A DNA stretch of 64,000 nucleotides, taken from contig NC_135261.1 of the NCBI RefSeq assembly GCF_964204865.1, positions 13,206,001 through 13,270,000 of the forward strand, given 5' to 3'. How positions within the stretch are numbered: position 1 is the first letter of the stretch; every line of letters starts with the position of its first letter. The position numbers and the translations under genes are program-made. Shown piece by piece: positions 50,922 to 63,855 of the stretch. The notes under the pieces are model-generated. The model searched no databases and was not told the DNA's origin. It saw nothing but the letters and a program-made list of their open reading frames with translations. Origin of the DNA: Styela clava (taxonomy: Eukaryota).

Positions 50922-53172
50922 CTAAATTAAATGACAACCTAAATTGAGCTATCGATATTGCATCGTATTTTTTTTTTATTTGTGTAGTGCGCAGACGGAT
51001 TTAAATTCTAAAACCGAACCGTAAGCCAATAAAAATACTGAAGATGATTCACTTGACGTCGGGCCTCGTTACATACAGATATTTTATATTTAAAATACCA
51101 GAACTGTCAAAAATTAAATGCCAATACAACGTGCAAGTATCTGATTTTAAACCGCGGAAAATGTTTCAGGCGAGTACGAGACGATTACCTGGTAATGGAA
51201 GGCGTATGAAATATTGAAAAAAAAATATATATATTCTGAATATTTCTTAAAATAGGACCTAAAAAAGGAAACGTATAGAATAATTCAAGTAACATATCAT
51301 TTATGTTTTCCAATTGGGGTCACAAGCAGAGGCCTACGTTTTTGAAGTTTCAGATGCGTTTTATAAAATTAATTATGATTGAAGTCTTATAGGATATTTG
51401 GATGAAGGCTGCAGTAATTGTTACAATGTTAGTCTTAGCTATGCAACTTAAAACTTCTCGTATTCAGGTTCCATGTCCACCAACCACTTCAGTCAGTGTA
51501 ATAAATTGTGAAGTCAGTTCCCTTCCTCTCAAAATAAAGTATCTCTTCGCATAGCAGTGACTGCTTTTGCAAGATGAAATGCGTATAAAAACGTCATTTA
51601 AAATACACATAATATTTTTGTTATATATGCAACTGTTTTTTGTTGTGGCCGATTACAAATCATTCCATTGTCTATATTCCCAATAAGGTGTTTATCGATG
51701 TGATCCTCGCATTCTCAATCTTTTCTTAAACTTTTGCTGAGCGTTACATTATATTTTGTCCGGCATTGGGTTATAAAACTCGTTGACGTTTTAAGTTCAT
51801 TTGAAATCGAAGTTGTTTATCATAATTTGATATTTTTCAGTGAAATTAATACATATTGTGTATCCATAATCATTTTTGATCGTTTAAGACAATGATTCTA
51901 AATCTTTACCTACTTGTGGCACATTTTCAACACAAAAAACCTTTAAAAAAACTTCCGAGTATTATAAAAAAAAAAAATTTTCGAATTATATATAAACAAT
52001 AGCAATAGCAGGGTTTCAATGGCCACATTAACATTTTTATCAATTCATCAGTTTGTTAAGTTAAACTTCCAAACCTTGGCACAACCTCAAGCGTAAATCT
52101 TCTCTCTTTTCAATTTGTAATTGATGACGTTTCCCCGTGATCTACTGTATACCAAATGAAAGATCTAATCCGTTTCAAAATTCCTCAAAGTCTACTGGTG
52201 GGCCTGAGTGACCACTATGAGAAACACTCTTTAACAAGATAGTTCAACAATATTCGTAGAAAAATTATGGAATGTAGCAAATATGAAAAGTTTGTGATGA
52301 AGTCTGAAGCTCAACAAAAAAATCTTGCATTGTTAATTTTATTGAAAATATTCTTTGGTTTCATTGTACATTCTTTGGTTTCATTATGACTTATGCTGCA
52401 CTTCGTGATGATGACGTCAGAATTATTTTTGATCGGTAGTGCAGGTGCTCCTTAACAAATCGATTGGGCATTTCATCACCAAAATAAAATAAACACTTCC
52501 AATGTACACAAATTTGCAACTTAAATATTCGCTTTGAGCTGAGATTGCGGTTTTTATATAAAGTATAATATTACCAAATTAGATTCTTTTAAATGATTTC
52601 GATTTCTTGGAAAAATAAAAGCTTTCTTTTTGCGAAAGGGTAAAAATATCTGCATTTGTAGGCCAAACTGACGTATAACTTTTCTTTTACTGATTTCTTC
52701 TGTTAAATAATTTTAGGAGGAAAAATGAGTAATTCACTGCAATTGTGAATATATATTATATCCAATGATATGTGCGCCTTTGTTACCATTGTGACGTTCG
52801 GTACGGATGGGGCACTGTTATATTTGGTCACGAAGTGAACTTATCAATATTTTTCGATAAATTGGTTTGAAGAAAAAAACCGTCTTTTTTCATTTAAATT
52901 TATGGAGAATTGGGTTTCAAATTTTTGGTAGTTTTCTTTATTTTCTTAAATATTCCTGGGACCCGTTATTTTGTTATAAATTTTGCTGTTTCATATTGTG
53001 GATTTTCCACAATACACAAGTATTGGTCTTTTTTTTCATAAGTGTACAATTGCAAAGTGCAAAAGTAAGATACTCATCGATACACAATTCGCACGAACCT
53101 CATCTTCGTAATTCAATATTTTGATTTCTTGAAGAAAATGAAAGTTAAACTTTCATGACAACGTTTTGAAAT

Positions 53173-53284
53173 GGCGCTCCAAAAATATGTGCACCAAGAT
53201 GGTGCACAACCTGATAACCCTAAACTGGTACACATACTATGTTCAGGTTGTGCGCCATCTTGGTGCACATACTTCGGGAGCACC
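53173..53284. mobile_element. 112-bp foldback MITE with GG...CC termini and 8-bp TSD (Merlin-like)
   Basis: ~42-bp inverted arms GGCGCTCC...CACAACCTGA / TCAGGTTGTG...GGAGCACC; perfect TSD TTTGAAAT at 53165-53172 and 53285-53292. Confidence 0.8.
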
Positions 53285-53835
53285 TTTGAAATGTGGTAAA
53301 AACAATTTTTTCTCCCTCATTTAAAAAAAAGTAGAGAAAGCCAACTGTAATATTAAGTTAGAAATAGGAGTTCATTTTGAACAAATCTCTGAACCGTATT
53401 TTGACATGGCATTTTCAACTGCCCTATGAGTTGACATTATTTATGAATGATGAAATAAATCAACGTATTGTAAGTAAAAGTAATGTTATTTTTTATTAAA
53501 GCCAATTCATCATTCATTTTTAAACTTTAATTTATTTGTGCTCAAGGCCAATATTGTTTTGAGTCTGCAATTAATCTTTTTGTAGCTACTTGAACTTAGG
53601 AACGACATAATAAAACTGCCGGTATTAGAAGATCAGTTGAGAAGTTATCTAAAACCAACAGTGAGTTGTAGCAAACATATTAGCATGCATGGTCTGACAT
53701 AATCATTTGCACCATGGAGCCCTGGGGCTATGATATTGTTTGGCCACACATAATTTATTTTCAGTACTCGGAACTTAGAAAATGTTCTTTCTCTCCCTTT
53801 CATTCGTCCAAGCTAATATCTTACGAGATACACGC

Positions 53836-53899
53836 CAGCCAATCACATGTCTTCTCACCGGTATAAAACCGTTATCCCCCATATTTGCTTGCTCACTTC
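53836..53899 (+). promoter_or_regulatory. Core promoter of the VWD mosaic gene: CCAAT box, TATA box and initiator
   Basis: CAGCCAATCA (53836-53845), TATAAAA (53862-53868) and Inr-like TCACTT with A at 53895, 33 bp from the TATA start. The ATG is at 53972. Confidence 0.7.
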
Positions 53900-53971
53900 T
53901 ACTCTGCTAGAAGTTAAGCTTTTTGACACCAAGGTAGTTGAAGAATATTAGTTCGATTTTATTTACGTACA

Positions 53972-56900
53972 ATGGAAACGCGCTCACTACCAAGAATGAG
54001 TGTGTTTTCCGTTTTACTTCTTGCAACATGGGTTGCAGTAGGTAATGCCGGATTCGAGGATGTTGCCTCCATTGTGGGTAGGGACTACGTTATATCTTCA
54101 AGTTTTATAAGTTAGAATTTTTCATTTATAGCGCCCGAAATTTTACCAATTGTTTCGATTTCGGACTGCTCAGTTCAAAAAAAATAATAAGGTTGTCTGG
54201 CGCTAGCCTTCGAAATACATATAAATATATATTTGAATGCAAATGGAACATCTTATCACACGCTACTGAAATATTTTTAGCAAAAATTTCTTTATTGATG
54301 TTTCCATCTGTGTCTATAAAATGGTAAAATTACGACAATTCTTGACAATTAGATAAGTTTGTCTCTACTAAATCTTACATTTGAAATGTATAAGAAACAT
54401 TTTATAACTTTAATATGCTAATTACATTTACCAACTAATTTCTCAATCTTTTCATTTCCTTGTTGCTATCATGTATTTAGTGAGATCCAACTTCGCAGCG
54501 GCATGTCCGGGTGGAACGGCGGAAGTCAAATGTGAAGATCCAACGCATGTCATATATGTTGAAGATGCGTATTATGGACGAGAACGGAACGACATGTACG
54601 TATCCATAAAACCTACTTTAACAAAGATTAATAATTTCTATTCAGACTGTTGTCGGGGAGCATTATCGAGAATTTTTTTTTTCAGATGCCCGACCACGAG
54701 AATGCCCAGGCGACCATGCAAGTCTAGAACGTCTTTCGATGTTATTTGGAAGGCTTGTCAAGGCAAAAATTCATGCTCAATTCAGGCTAATCCAAGAATA
54801 ATGGGAAATGTTTGTCGTGGGGTAGATAAATATGCCTACATTGCATATCGATGCGAACTCCCAGGTATGCATATCGAAACAATGACGTTGTGTTTCATTC
54901 ATTCTCACCATTCACATTAAAAGTGCTTTAATTTGTTTATTATTTATTTATATTTAATATCTATCAAAAAGCAGTTCACTCATTATTATTATATATATAG
55001 AGACTGACCTACGTTCTATTTTATTTTATCTTTACATCTTATTTTTATTACTGGTTGGGTGCTAAATATAAAAATATGTATTCCCGAGTATTGAGCTAAA
55101 TAACTCGCTTCGAAGTTCCTAATCCATATTTATATTGGTGGAAAAAGTTGTAATTAATGGTTATGGCTATCATCCGACGAGATAGTTAGTTGATGCTTGT
55201 ATGATGATGGTGATTTAGGCAGAAGTATGATCGGAGGATGCCCCGGAACTTGGGGGGAATGGATCAACATGGACAAACCGTCATCTGGTGCGGGAGATCT
55301 AGAGACCATAACAAGGCATATGAGACAAAAACAGGGATGCAAAGAACCCATGGGAATTGACGTAAGTTGTCATCTTCATGCTTTGAAAATTCGAAACAAC
55401 CAAAGAATTTATTTAGCAGTAGTTTGCTTCGAGTAGATTGAGTGCATTAAAGAAAAACAATAGGTATACTGCTGCCTTCCTCACCTACGCATCACACTTA
55501 ACTGAATAATTTTACCATTTTATTATTGTAATTTAACGTTGAGGTGTTCATTTTATTTAGATGCGAGTCGCCAGTAATGATGAACCATACTACACAGCAG
55601 GAAACCCTGTTCGCGTAGGCTGGAGATTTGGTTTGAGTTGTCTCAATGGTTTTCAACCTGCTGGGTCTAAATGTGCTGATTTCAAAGTTCGTTATTGTTG
55701 CCCTGGAGTTGCTCCGCCAGGTATTTATAGATATTAAAACAAATTTATCGAGAATAAAATGCATTCTTCGTACACACTCTACTTGATTACCACACTGACA
55801 ATTCCCAACGTTCGTTTAGTAACTTCGTACTGTAATTTCTAGTAATGTTTAATATTTGAGTTTGAATCTTCGGCGGCACTGGGACCGGCGAAACTTTTCT
55901 AATATATATTTCATTATAATTTTAGAAGCCACTACTTGTCCTGGTTTAAAACTGCCTGCACGGGGAAGTATGACCCCTGCAAGGGCCAGAAGGCCGATGA
56001 AAATAGGAGCAACAGTCAGGTTTAGATGCAGAGGGGGATACATTATGGAAGGCTTTACATCAACATCTTGTTTAACGGGCGGAAAGTGGTCAACCGAAGT
56101 CCCGACTTGCACTAAAATCGGTAAATAATTTATTTTAATTTTTCTATTTGGGGTTCAACTGTATTACTTATTTGCTATTTTTTGATCGCCGTTTTATTAT
56201 AAAGGGGCCATCGATAGAGGTAACGTTTAAAAATTCACATTTTAAAGAATTAGCATTATTTACTGTTTTTGAAAAAGGATAATTAATGTATATACAACAT
56301 TTTTGCAGAGAAACAATCATGTATATTGGGACGCGTACCGGTCAATGGAGAGAGAAGGCCAAAATTCAGGTCGAATTTTAATTTGGGTGACAAAGTCACA
56401 TTTTCTTGTCGAAGAAATTATAAGCTATCGGGCAATAATGAGCTCATTTGTTCACCGGGAGGAACATGGAACTTGCCTGTTCCAACTTGCGAGAAGGAAG
56501 GTAAGAAACTAACCTTTCTCAAAGATTTCAATAGGACAGACAAAAAAGCCCGCTGAAAATAGCCCGTGTGTAGAATTTATGTGTCATAATTTGTGTAATT
56601 TCAATCTGCAAGTATTATAAAATTACGACTGTTCATTGCTTATTTTGCAGAAGCCAAACCACAGGGACCTAAAGGATTGACATATTGTCGCGGAATCGGT
56701 GATCCACATTACACAACATTCGATAAAAAGAAGTTCGACTTTCAAGGAGATTGTTCGTACATTTTCACAAAATACTCTGGATCTGAACACGAGAATTTCC
56801 AAGTCGAGGTATTTTCACTTTTCACTGTTCCCCGTCTGACCCGTGATCTGATGCGGTAGTTAAATTATATAACTTAAATATAATGTTGTAGGAACTTTGC

Positions 56901-59900
56901 TTATGTTAATTCTGAATTTAACTCAATTCAAGGTTATTAACATTCATCGAGGCCGCAAACTTGATGTTTCTTGGCTGGGAAGAGCCATTATTACTGTGTT
57001 TGGTCAAAAAATCAACTTCAATCCTGGACGCGAAATTCGAGTATGTTTTAGAATATTTATTCTTTCCATTTTAAGTTTATGATAAGTATATAGGCAGAAC
57101 TTTTTTCTAACACTTTTATTTAGATCCAAAAATCTTGTTTGGCAAGACGTTATGTGGTCCACTGTGACATTTCCATTTTTTTAGTTTTGACCTTTCTATG
57201 TCAATCTTATTTACCGAGTAAAAGTTTTTATTATTTGCCATGATATATTATCAGTCAGTTGAGTTCATTTTAATATTATTAATGTTTGGCGTTGAAAATA
57301 TCAAAGGTTTACTTCTTAACAGTACAATCTTCTTTTTGTATCTACTTTGTGGCTCTTCTGATTTATAGATGACTGTGTCATTAACCACCGATGTCACGTG
57401 AATCCTGTCAGGCGGCATTCTGCCCGGCGGTCAAGTTTTTAAGCGAAAATTTATTGCAACCTGTCAAGTTTATAAGTATGATACAGAATAATCCTATTAT
57501 TAAACGAACGAAAACACTTGGGTTTGCGTTTGTCGGCATGATGTCGGAATAAGAGACGCAAACTGAATTTGATTGGTTAAATAAAATGTTAGAAAGCAAA
57601 CATCTCGAGCCTTTATATAAAACAGAATCTTTGAATGCCATGACCTGATGGTCATCGAATTATATTGTGATTACTTCCGATTAACGGGGCTAACGGGATT
57701 TGCACTATTTACAAGCATATATTTATATACTTCTCATATTGAATTTAATATTATTTTACATGATATTTGAAAAGTCGAAAATCATCAGTTGGCGATTTTC
57801 GTATCATCGATCTTTTTTTTTTTGAACATTACATGTGGCCTTGATTAAAAATCCGACCTTATTATCATAACAATCCTGAAATCAACGTTAGTTTTACTTG
57901 CTTATTAGACAGAACTCAATCAATCCGACAACAACGTGCCGGTATGCATACGTGATTTGATCAATGATAGTCTGATATGGCCGCAAGGGGTGTTATGCCG
58001 GTTTGCAAAAATTCGCTGCAAAATTCGGTTTGCAGCATAATGAGTCATCCATGTTTTAGAAATTTATTAAAGTTTATGGAGACCCAAATAATTCATTACC
58101 ATTCTCAGTATACGTGTTTTGTATTCCCAAGTATATATATCAATATATGTTGGGTTCTCTTCAGTCATAAACGATCACATGTAAATAAAATGAAACCTCA
58201 ACATGCTCTTAGTTATTGATGGCTAAAACAGTAATCGCATGATTTTACCTAGCGTTAATGTCAATTAGGTTGCTTCAATCTGTGTTGAAGATTCTTGGTT
58301 GTTTTCGTCGCACCAGATTAGCGGCTTAGAATCTGATCTCTGTGGTAAACATATATCGCTATATACAGTGCATCTTGGTATAGCTAGAATTATGCCCACG
58401 GCAAGGTCGTGGTTTATACCAAAGTTTCACCTTATTGGGCTAGAGTAACAGCCACTCCCATTCTAGTTGAAATGTCGTTTGGTGGCCCAATCTGAACTTT
58501 AGAACACGTTATTGAAGTAAGTCACATTATTTGGCAGATGAATCAATTATTTTCTTCTACATTTTTCAATATTATTTCTCTTACCGAATTAAATAATTTG
58601 TTTTAATCCGCCGGCAAGACGGTATTCACTTGATGTCCAAGCTGAAAATTACTCGCAGATGTACGCGCTGCCAATGTCCTTTTCATTGCAACATTTATGT
58701 TAACGTTTTGTTGTTGATCAGAGTTGCACAAACACTAAAACGAAAATACCGCGCAAATAATAGCACGGAGGTTACTGTCACACAACACGACTTAGTAAAT
58801 TTGTGCCCATCGCAGTTAGAAGACTCTACCAAAAAAATACTTCCTGCACTTATGCCCTAACCTTTTCTATGTGTAATAAAAAATATATTCTATGTTACAG
58901 TCCTTCTATTTTATTCCATTTTCTTCATATAGACATTTGATTGAAGTGAGGCTTTCTCATGTCTTATTCAGTCTTTGATTGCCAATGTGTCCGAATTTTC
59001 AAAAGGTTTTGTCCCTCGTGGAGTCATAGTCAAGTGTACTTGGGTTCCTCGCACATATATATGTAGACATAGATTTTCCTCGATAAATTCAACCATTTTA
59101 GATTCTAATTATATAGTACAGGCGATGTTTTCTTAGATGCTTGAAAGTGAATTACCTAATGGCAAACACCAGTGTCAAGAAGCTCGGATTAACGTTTTAG
59201 ATAGTAATTAATACTTAACGTATAATTTTCAGGTCAATGGTGAAGAAGTTAATCTTCCTTTCTCGTCACCCGCCGGTTTCACAATATCTCTAAGCGGCCG
59301 ATTTGTGATTCTGGAAACGTCTTATAAACTAAAAGTTAGTTTTGATGGGCGCCACTCCCTTGCTGTCGCTGTTCCACCAGAATATTTTGGCGGAAAATTG
59401 GAAGGTAATTTGAAATTTGTTCATATGTAAACGCATTCCTATTTAATATTGGAATTTTTTTTCAATCCGAGGACAATTTTTCGTATTGCATTTTATGATA
59501 TTGTACTTTCAAAGGGAATTAAATATTTTCATATTTGAACAGTGAAGTGCTTAACATATGAATGAATTAATATATGGATGAATTAACGCAAATCAGAATT
59601 GGTGAAATTTACTGTACTTATGAAAGAAGAGTAATTGATAGTTCAAACTTGTTTATGTTTTCGAACTCTTTTTATCTGATCAAGACTACCGGTATTGATA
59701 TCTGTAATCTTGTAAAAATCGCCCGATGAGTCACATTTAATTAATGTAAGAAAATGTCACCCATAATGTTACTTTTTAAGTTGTTAATTCAATGATGCAT
59801 TATCCTTGGCCGATAACGTATTAGTGATGTCTAAATAAAAAACAAACATATCGCAAACAGTCGACTATCTGCTGTCAGGCATTAATTTGCGATGAGAGAT

Positions 59901-62900
59901 GATAATCATATTGGCTGTTGTCCAACGACAATTTCTTAAAATTTCGACAAAATAAAGTTCCTTCACGTTTGTTTGGATACAAAACAAAGCTTCTGTGGGC
60001 AATTAAGCAAGTTTTTATGAGAAACTAAATTGTCTATTGCAACAGTAAAAAAAAGAAATTTTATTTTATTTTATGGGGAATCTCATCGGGTTCTTGTTTA
60101 ATAATATAATACAGACACGAATTTTGCCCGGAAGCTATAATTTCCGTCCAAGTGTTTAAGCTGTTCAGGACTGGTATAAATGTTTCGAATTAGAATGTAA
60201 ATCATCCACGGACCATGAAAAAAAACGAATACACTTGTATTACACAGTTTATAAAAATAAGTAGAACATGAAAGGCTTGTGAAGGGATTTTCTCATTTCA
60301 ATCTCGACCAAAAATGTTAGAAAATATTAAAAAGATAACTTTGTTGTAGCGGAAGAGTTTACAAACCTGTCATAATTATGTTTCATGTTTATTCAAATTC
60401 TCAGGCTTGTGTGGAAACTTTGACGGAGATGAGAACAACGATATCGTCGTCGACGGTGTCGAAAACCCAAACGCTCACGGAAACAGACACATCACTGACA
60501 CTAAAACCGAGTAAACATTTTTGCGAGTTTGATAAGATGAGATAAGAGTTTTACAGACATTTCTTGCTTCCTCAACTGGTTTAGCTAGTTTTTTTTGTAT
60601 TAGAAGATAGTCACGCATAGTTCAAATAAACCAACAGTGTAGGCCACTCCCTATGAACAATTTTGTTGGTTCAGTCTGAACGGTAAAAGAGATTGCAAGT
60701 GTATCCTATTAAATATAAGTTTCTGTTATAATAATAATAAACAGTTTATATTTAACGTTCGGACTTGAATATTAATTAATTTCTCTCCGCTCTCAGTTGC
60801 ATCAGAGAAGATCTTAAAGACAGTGAATGCTCCAAAACTGGGGCGTCAGCAAGATTCAGAGCAAGATGCGCTGTTATTACTGAGGTTGGAGGCGTATTCT
60901 CCGCTTGTCACGCGGTAATAACCGCGCAAACCTTCTTCGAGGTAAGAAAGCTGTGTGATACCTTAAATCTTATTTTGATAGCATTCCAGTAGGCCCACAT
61001 ATAGTGATTTTTCCTGTGCTCTTTCATCACGACGCAAGTCCTAAGTGCGGGTCGACAAGCTGCGTTAAACTACTAGAACTACATGCCTTTTTAAAATGGT
61101 ATTACAATCAATTCATTTCGTCACAATCAGGATTGTATATTCGATGTCTGCGTGTACGGTGGAGCTGACGTAGCGCTTGAGAATGCCGTTGCTGCCTACG
61201 CTGAAGCTTGTAATGACGCGGGAGTAAGAATCGGAAAATGGAGAGAAGTAACAAAAACACGTAAGAGCAACGTATATCCTCAATAATTTCAGCTACTGAA
61301 TGATAAAAATCAGCTACTAAATGATAAATCTGATTGTATTATAGTCTTTCCTACTGGGCAAGATGTTTTTCTTTCAACTATCTCGCCAGTCGCACTGGGT
61401 TTTACAGACAATAGGCGCTATTTTCAATATACAAGTCAATGCATTTCTAAATGATTGACCACCACCATGGTACCTAAGCAAAAGTTTTTAAGTGTATTCA
61501 TTTTTGTTCATTTACCCCTTATTTTACAGCGCTACCATGTCCTGCCAATGCTCGTTACGAGTTGTGTGCAACAAAATGTCCCGCTACCTGTTCAGATCCG
61601 TCACCTAAATGTGCTTCTGGATGCGTTGAAGGTAGGTTCATACCATTTAAAGGAAGCTAATGTAAATGCAGTTGATAGAAAATATCGGCGTTATTAATCT
61701 TGCTCGTTTTATCAGTATCATGTCCAATCATAATATAAATTACGAGTATGTTGATATATTCATAGGTTGCGTGTGTAATAACGGATTCGTTCTATCTGGT
61801 AACCAATGCGTAAGGCGATCAAAATGTGGCTGCACATTTGAAGGAAAATACTACTTGGTAAGTTGCAGATTATGTTTTGATATCGTATACAATATAATAA
61901 AATAAGTTTAATCAATGATAATGTGTAATAAAAGTACCAGATCATAGGCTGTGAACCCAAAAGACAGAAGCATTGTAAAAACTATTGATAGAATAAAAAA
62001 TTAAGCAACGCAATAGATTTTGATTTTTCCTATGCATTTTCTGTGCGGGGGCCTTGTTATCTTTATTTAAACTAAAGTAGTATACTCCTGAAAGACAATT
62101 TGTAATACATAATATTCCCAAATCTTGTTTGATATTTGTCAAAATGAGAAAACGGCTAATACGTAGGTATCATTCTGAATTCGAGAAAATTTGAAAAAGT
62201 AATGCCTACTGATTTGACTTCTGTCCAAACGTGTTCGTCTGGTTGTGAACTTCGCGTACTTGATATTGTGGGTGCTGAATTTTGATTGCAGAGAACGACA
62301 GTTCACTGCTTTATATGTATTATACAAGTTTACCGACACTCGCTGAAGAATTTTTCATAATTCTTTATTTTTATCACTAGAACGGACAAACAATTTTGAC
62401 AAACGGATGTACTCGTCGATGCACATGCAGAGCTCAAGGGATGGTTTGCATGGATGTTAAATGCAAAGCTAGACAGACGTGTGGCAAAAACGAAAAAGGC
62501 CGAGAAGCGTGTCAGGCAACTGGTATTTGCATATTTGTTTCTACTTTTTGTTGAGTTTGAGTGATATTGCAAAACTCCAAGCTTTTTTCAATATTATTTA
62601 TAGAAAATAATACTCGATTAGTGTATAGACACGGTGCAAAAGATATTTTCCCGGATTTCTGAATATATAAAACGAAAAGAGTAAAATGTTTCACTGAATC
62701 TTCTGGTAAAGAAGCAAATTCATAAAATACGCATATGCCTTGAACTAGAATGTTTTTAGAAATGTGCATTCAAAATCACACGACCAACCACGGATTTTGG
62801 TAACCAGCGGTGTAATAGCCAGTGTCTTTGTAAAACTTGGTTCTATTGGCAAACCTTGATCATACAAAGTCTATGTATATGTAATAGAAACACTTTTAAA

Positions 62901-63855
62901 AGTTTGGCCGAAACATTGAAAACGAATTTTGATTTAATCGCCTATATTGTCTCTTTAATAATTCAGAAACTGCAAGATGTCGAATTATGGGAGGTTCTCA
63001 ATACAATCTTTTCGATAAAGTTGGGATCCAGAGGTTTAATGGAAAATGTAGCTACAGGTTGGCAGAATCTTGTGGTCTTGCTGAAGATGACGAAAGCTGG
63101 TTCTCAGTGTATATCAAGAATGAGGAACGACGAAATCGAAAGAACAAAGCCTACGTTAACAGTGTAACTGTTAAACTCGGACAAAACATCGAAGTTACGT
63201 TGATGAAAGGTGGTATGGCCATGGTAAGTATTACTATTTGTTGAATCTTGTTATTTACCGATTTTTTTATAATATATGGTGTGAAATTGTTTCAGGTAAA
63301 TAATCGTCGGGTGAGAGCAGTTCAGAATGATATGTTTAGCATAAGACGAAGAGGCAGAGGAGCAATAGTTCTCAATACCATGCATTCTTTGAGAGTTCGA
63401 CTAAACAACAACGGTGTTCTTGTCAGAGTTCCAAGTACATATATGGGACAGGTAACCATTAGATCTTTTACAACCCTCTCTCTTTGTTTCCCCACTTCGT
63501 GTTCTTACTTTTCATCATCATCACCCTCTTTTTTCTCTCTTTTACTTTGTCATTTTTACTTTCGTCCCCTAACTTTTTATAGTGTTTCCCCAATATTGAC
63601 CCCCATCCTTTCTATATCATTCTCATTTATTTATTCATATTTTTGGCCTTGTTATTGTTTTAATATCTATGTCATTTTATTCAAGATGTGCGGGTTATGT
63701 GGAAATTATAACAAAGACCCAACAGATGACATGCAGATGTCTGATGGTAGCATGGCTGAGGACTTTAATGAATTTGGTCTCAGTCACGAAGTGGAGAGCT
63801 GTGGTGAACCGATTCCAGATCCCGTTACTTGCACAGACGACATGAGAGCTAAATG
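53972..63855 (+). CDS. Large secreted FCGBP/zonadhesin/mucin-like mosaic protein (SUEL lectin-CysD/WxxW-2xSushi-VWD-C8-TIL-TILa-VWD...); 5' part only, continues past the window
   Basis: 19 exons with consistent phases: 53972-54077, 54481-54595, 54686-54864, 55219-55361, 55561-55720, 55926-56120, 56309-56500, 56651-56808, 56933-57040, 59233-59404, 60405-60510, 60797-60941, 61131-61260, 61530-61631, 61766-61857, 62381-62522, 62967-63223, 63296-63451, 63686-63855 (ends on donor GTGAGA). Motifs: signal peptide; AYYGR...C.GVDKY (SUEL); WGEW...GDLET...VRYCC (CysD); two C..P...C..GY/NY...C...G.W...PTC (Sushi); GDPHYTTFD...GLCGNFDG (VWD1); FSACH...AYAEAC...WR (C8); TIL; CGLCGNYN (VWD2). Confidence 0.93.

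Noticed and set aside
57370-58660. Weak inverted similarity within intron 9 of the VWD gene, possibly an old TIR element
   Set aside because: Too degenerate, with no TSD or coding remnant.
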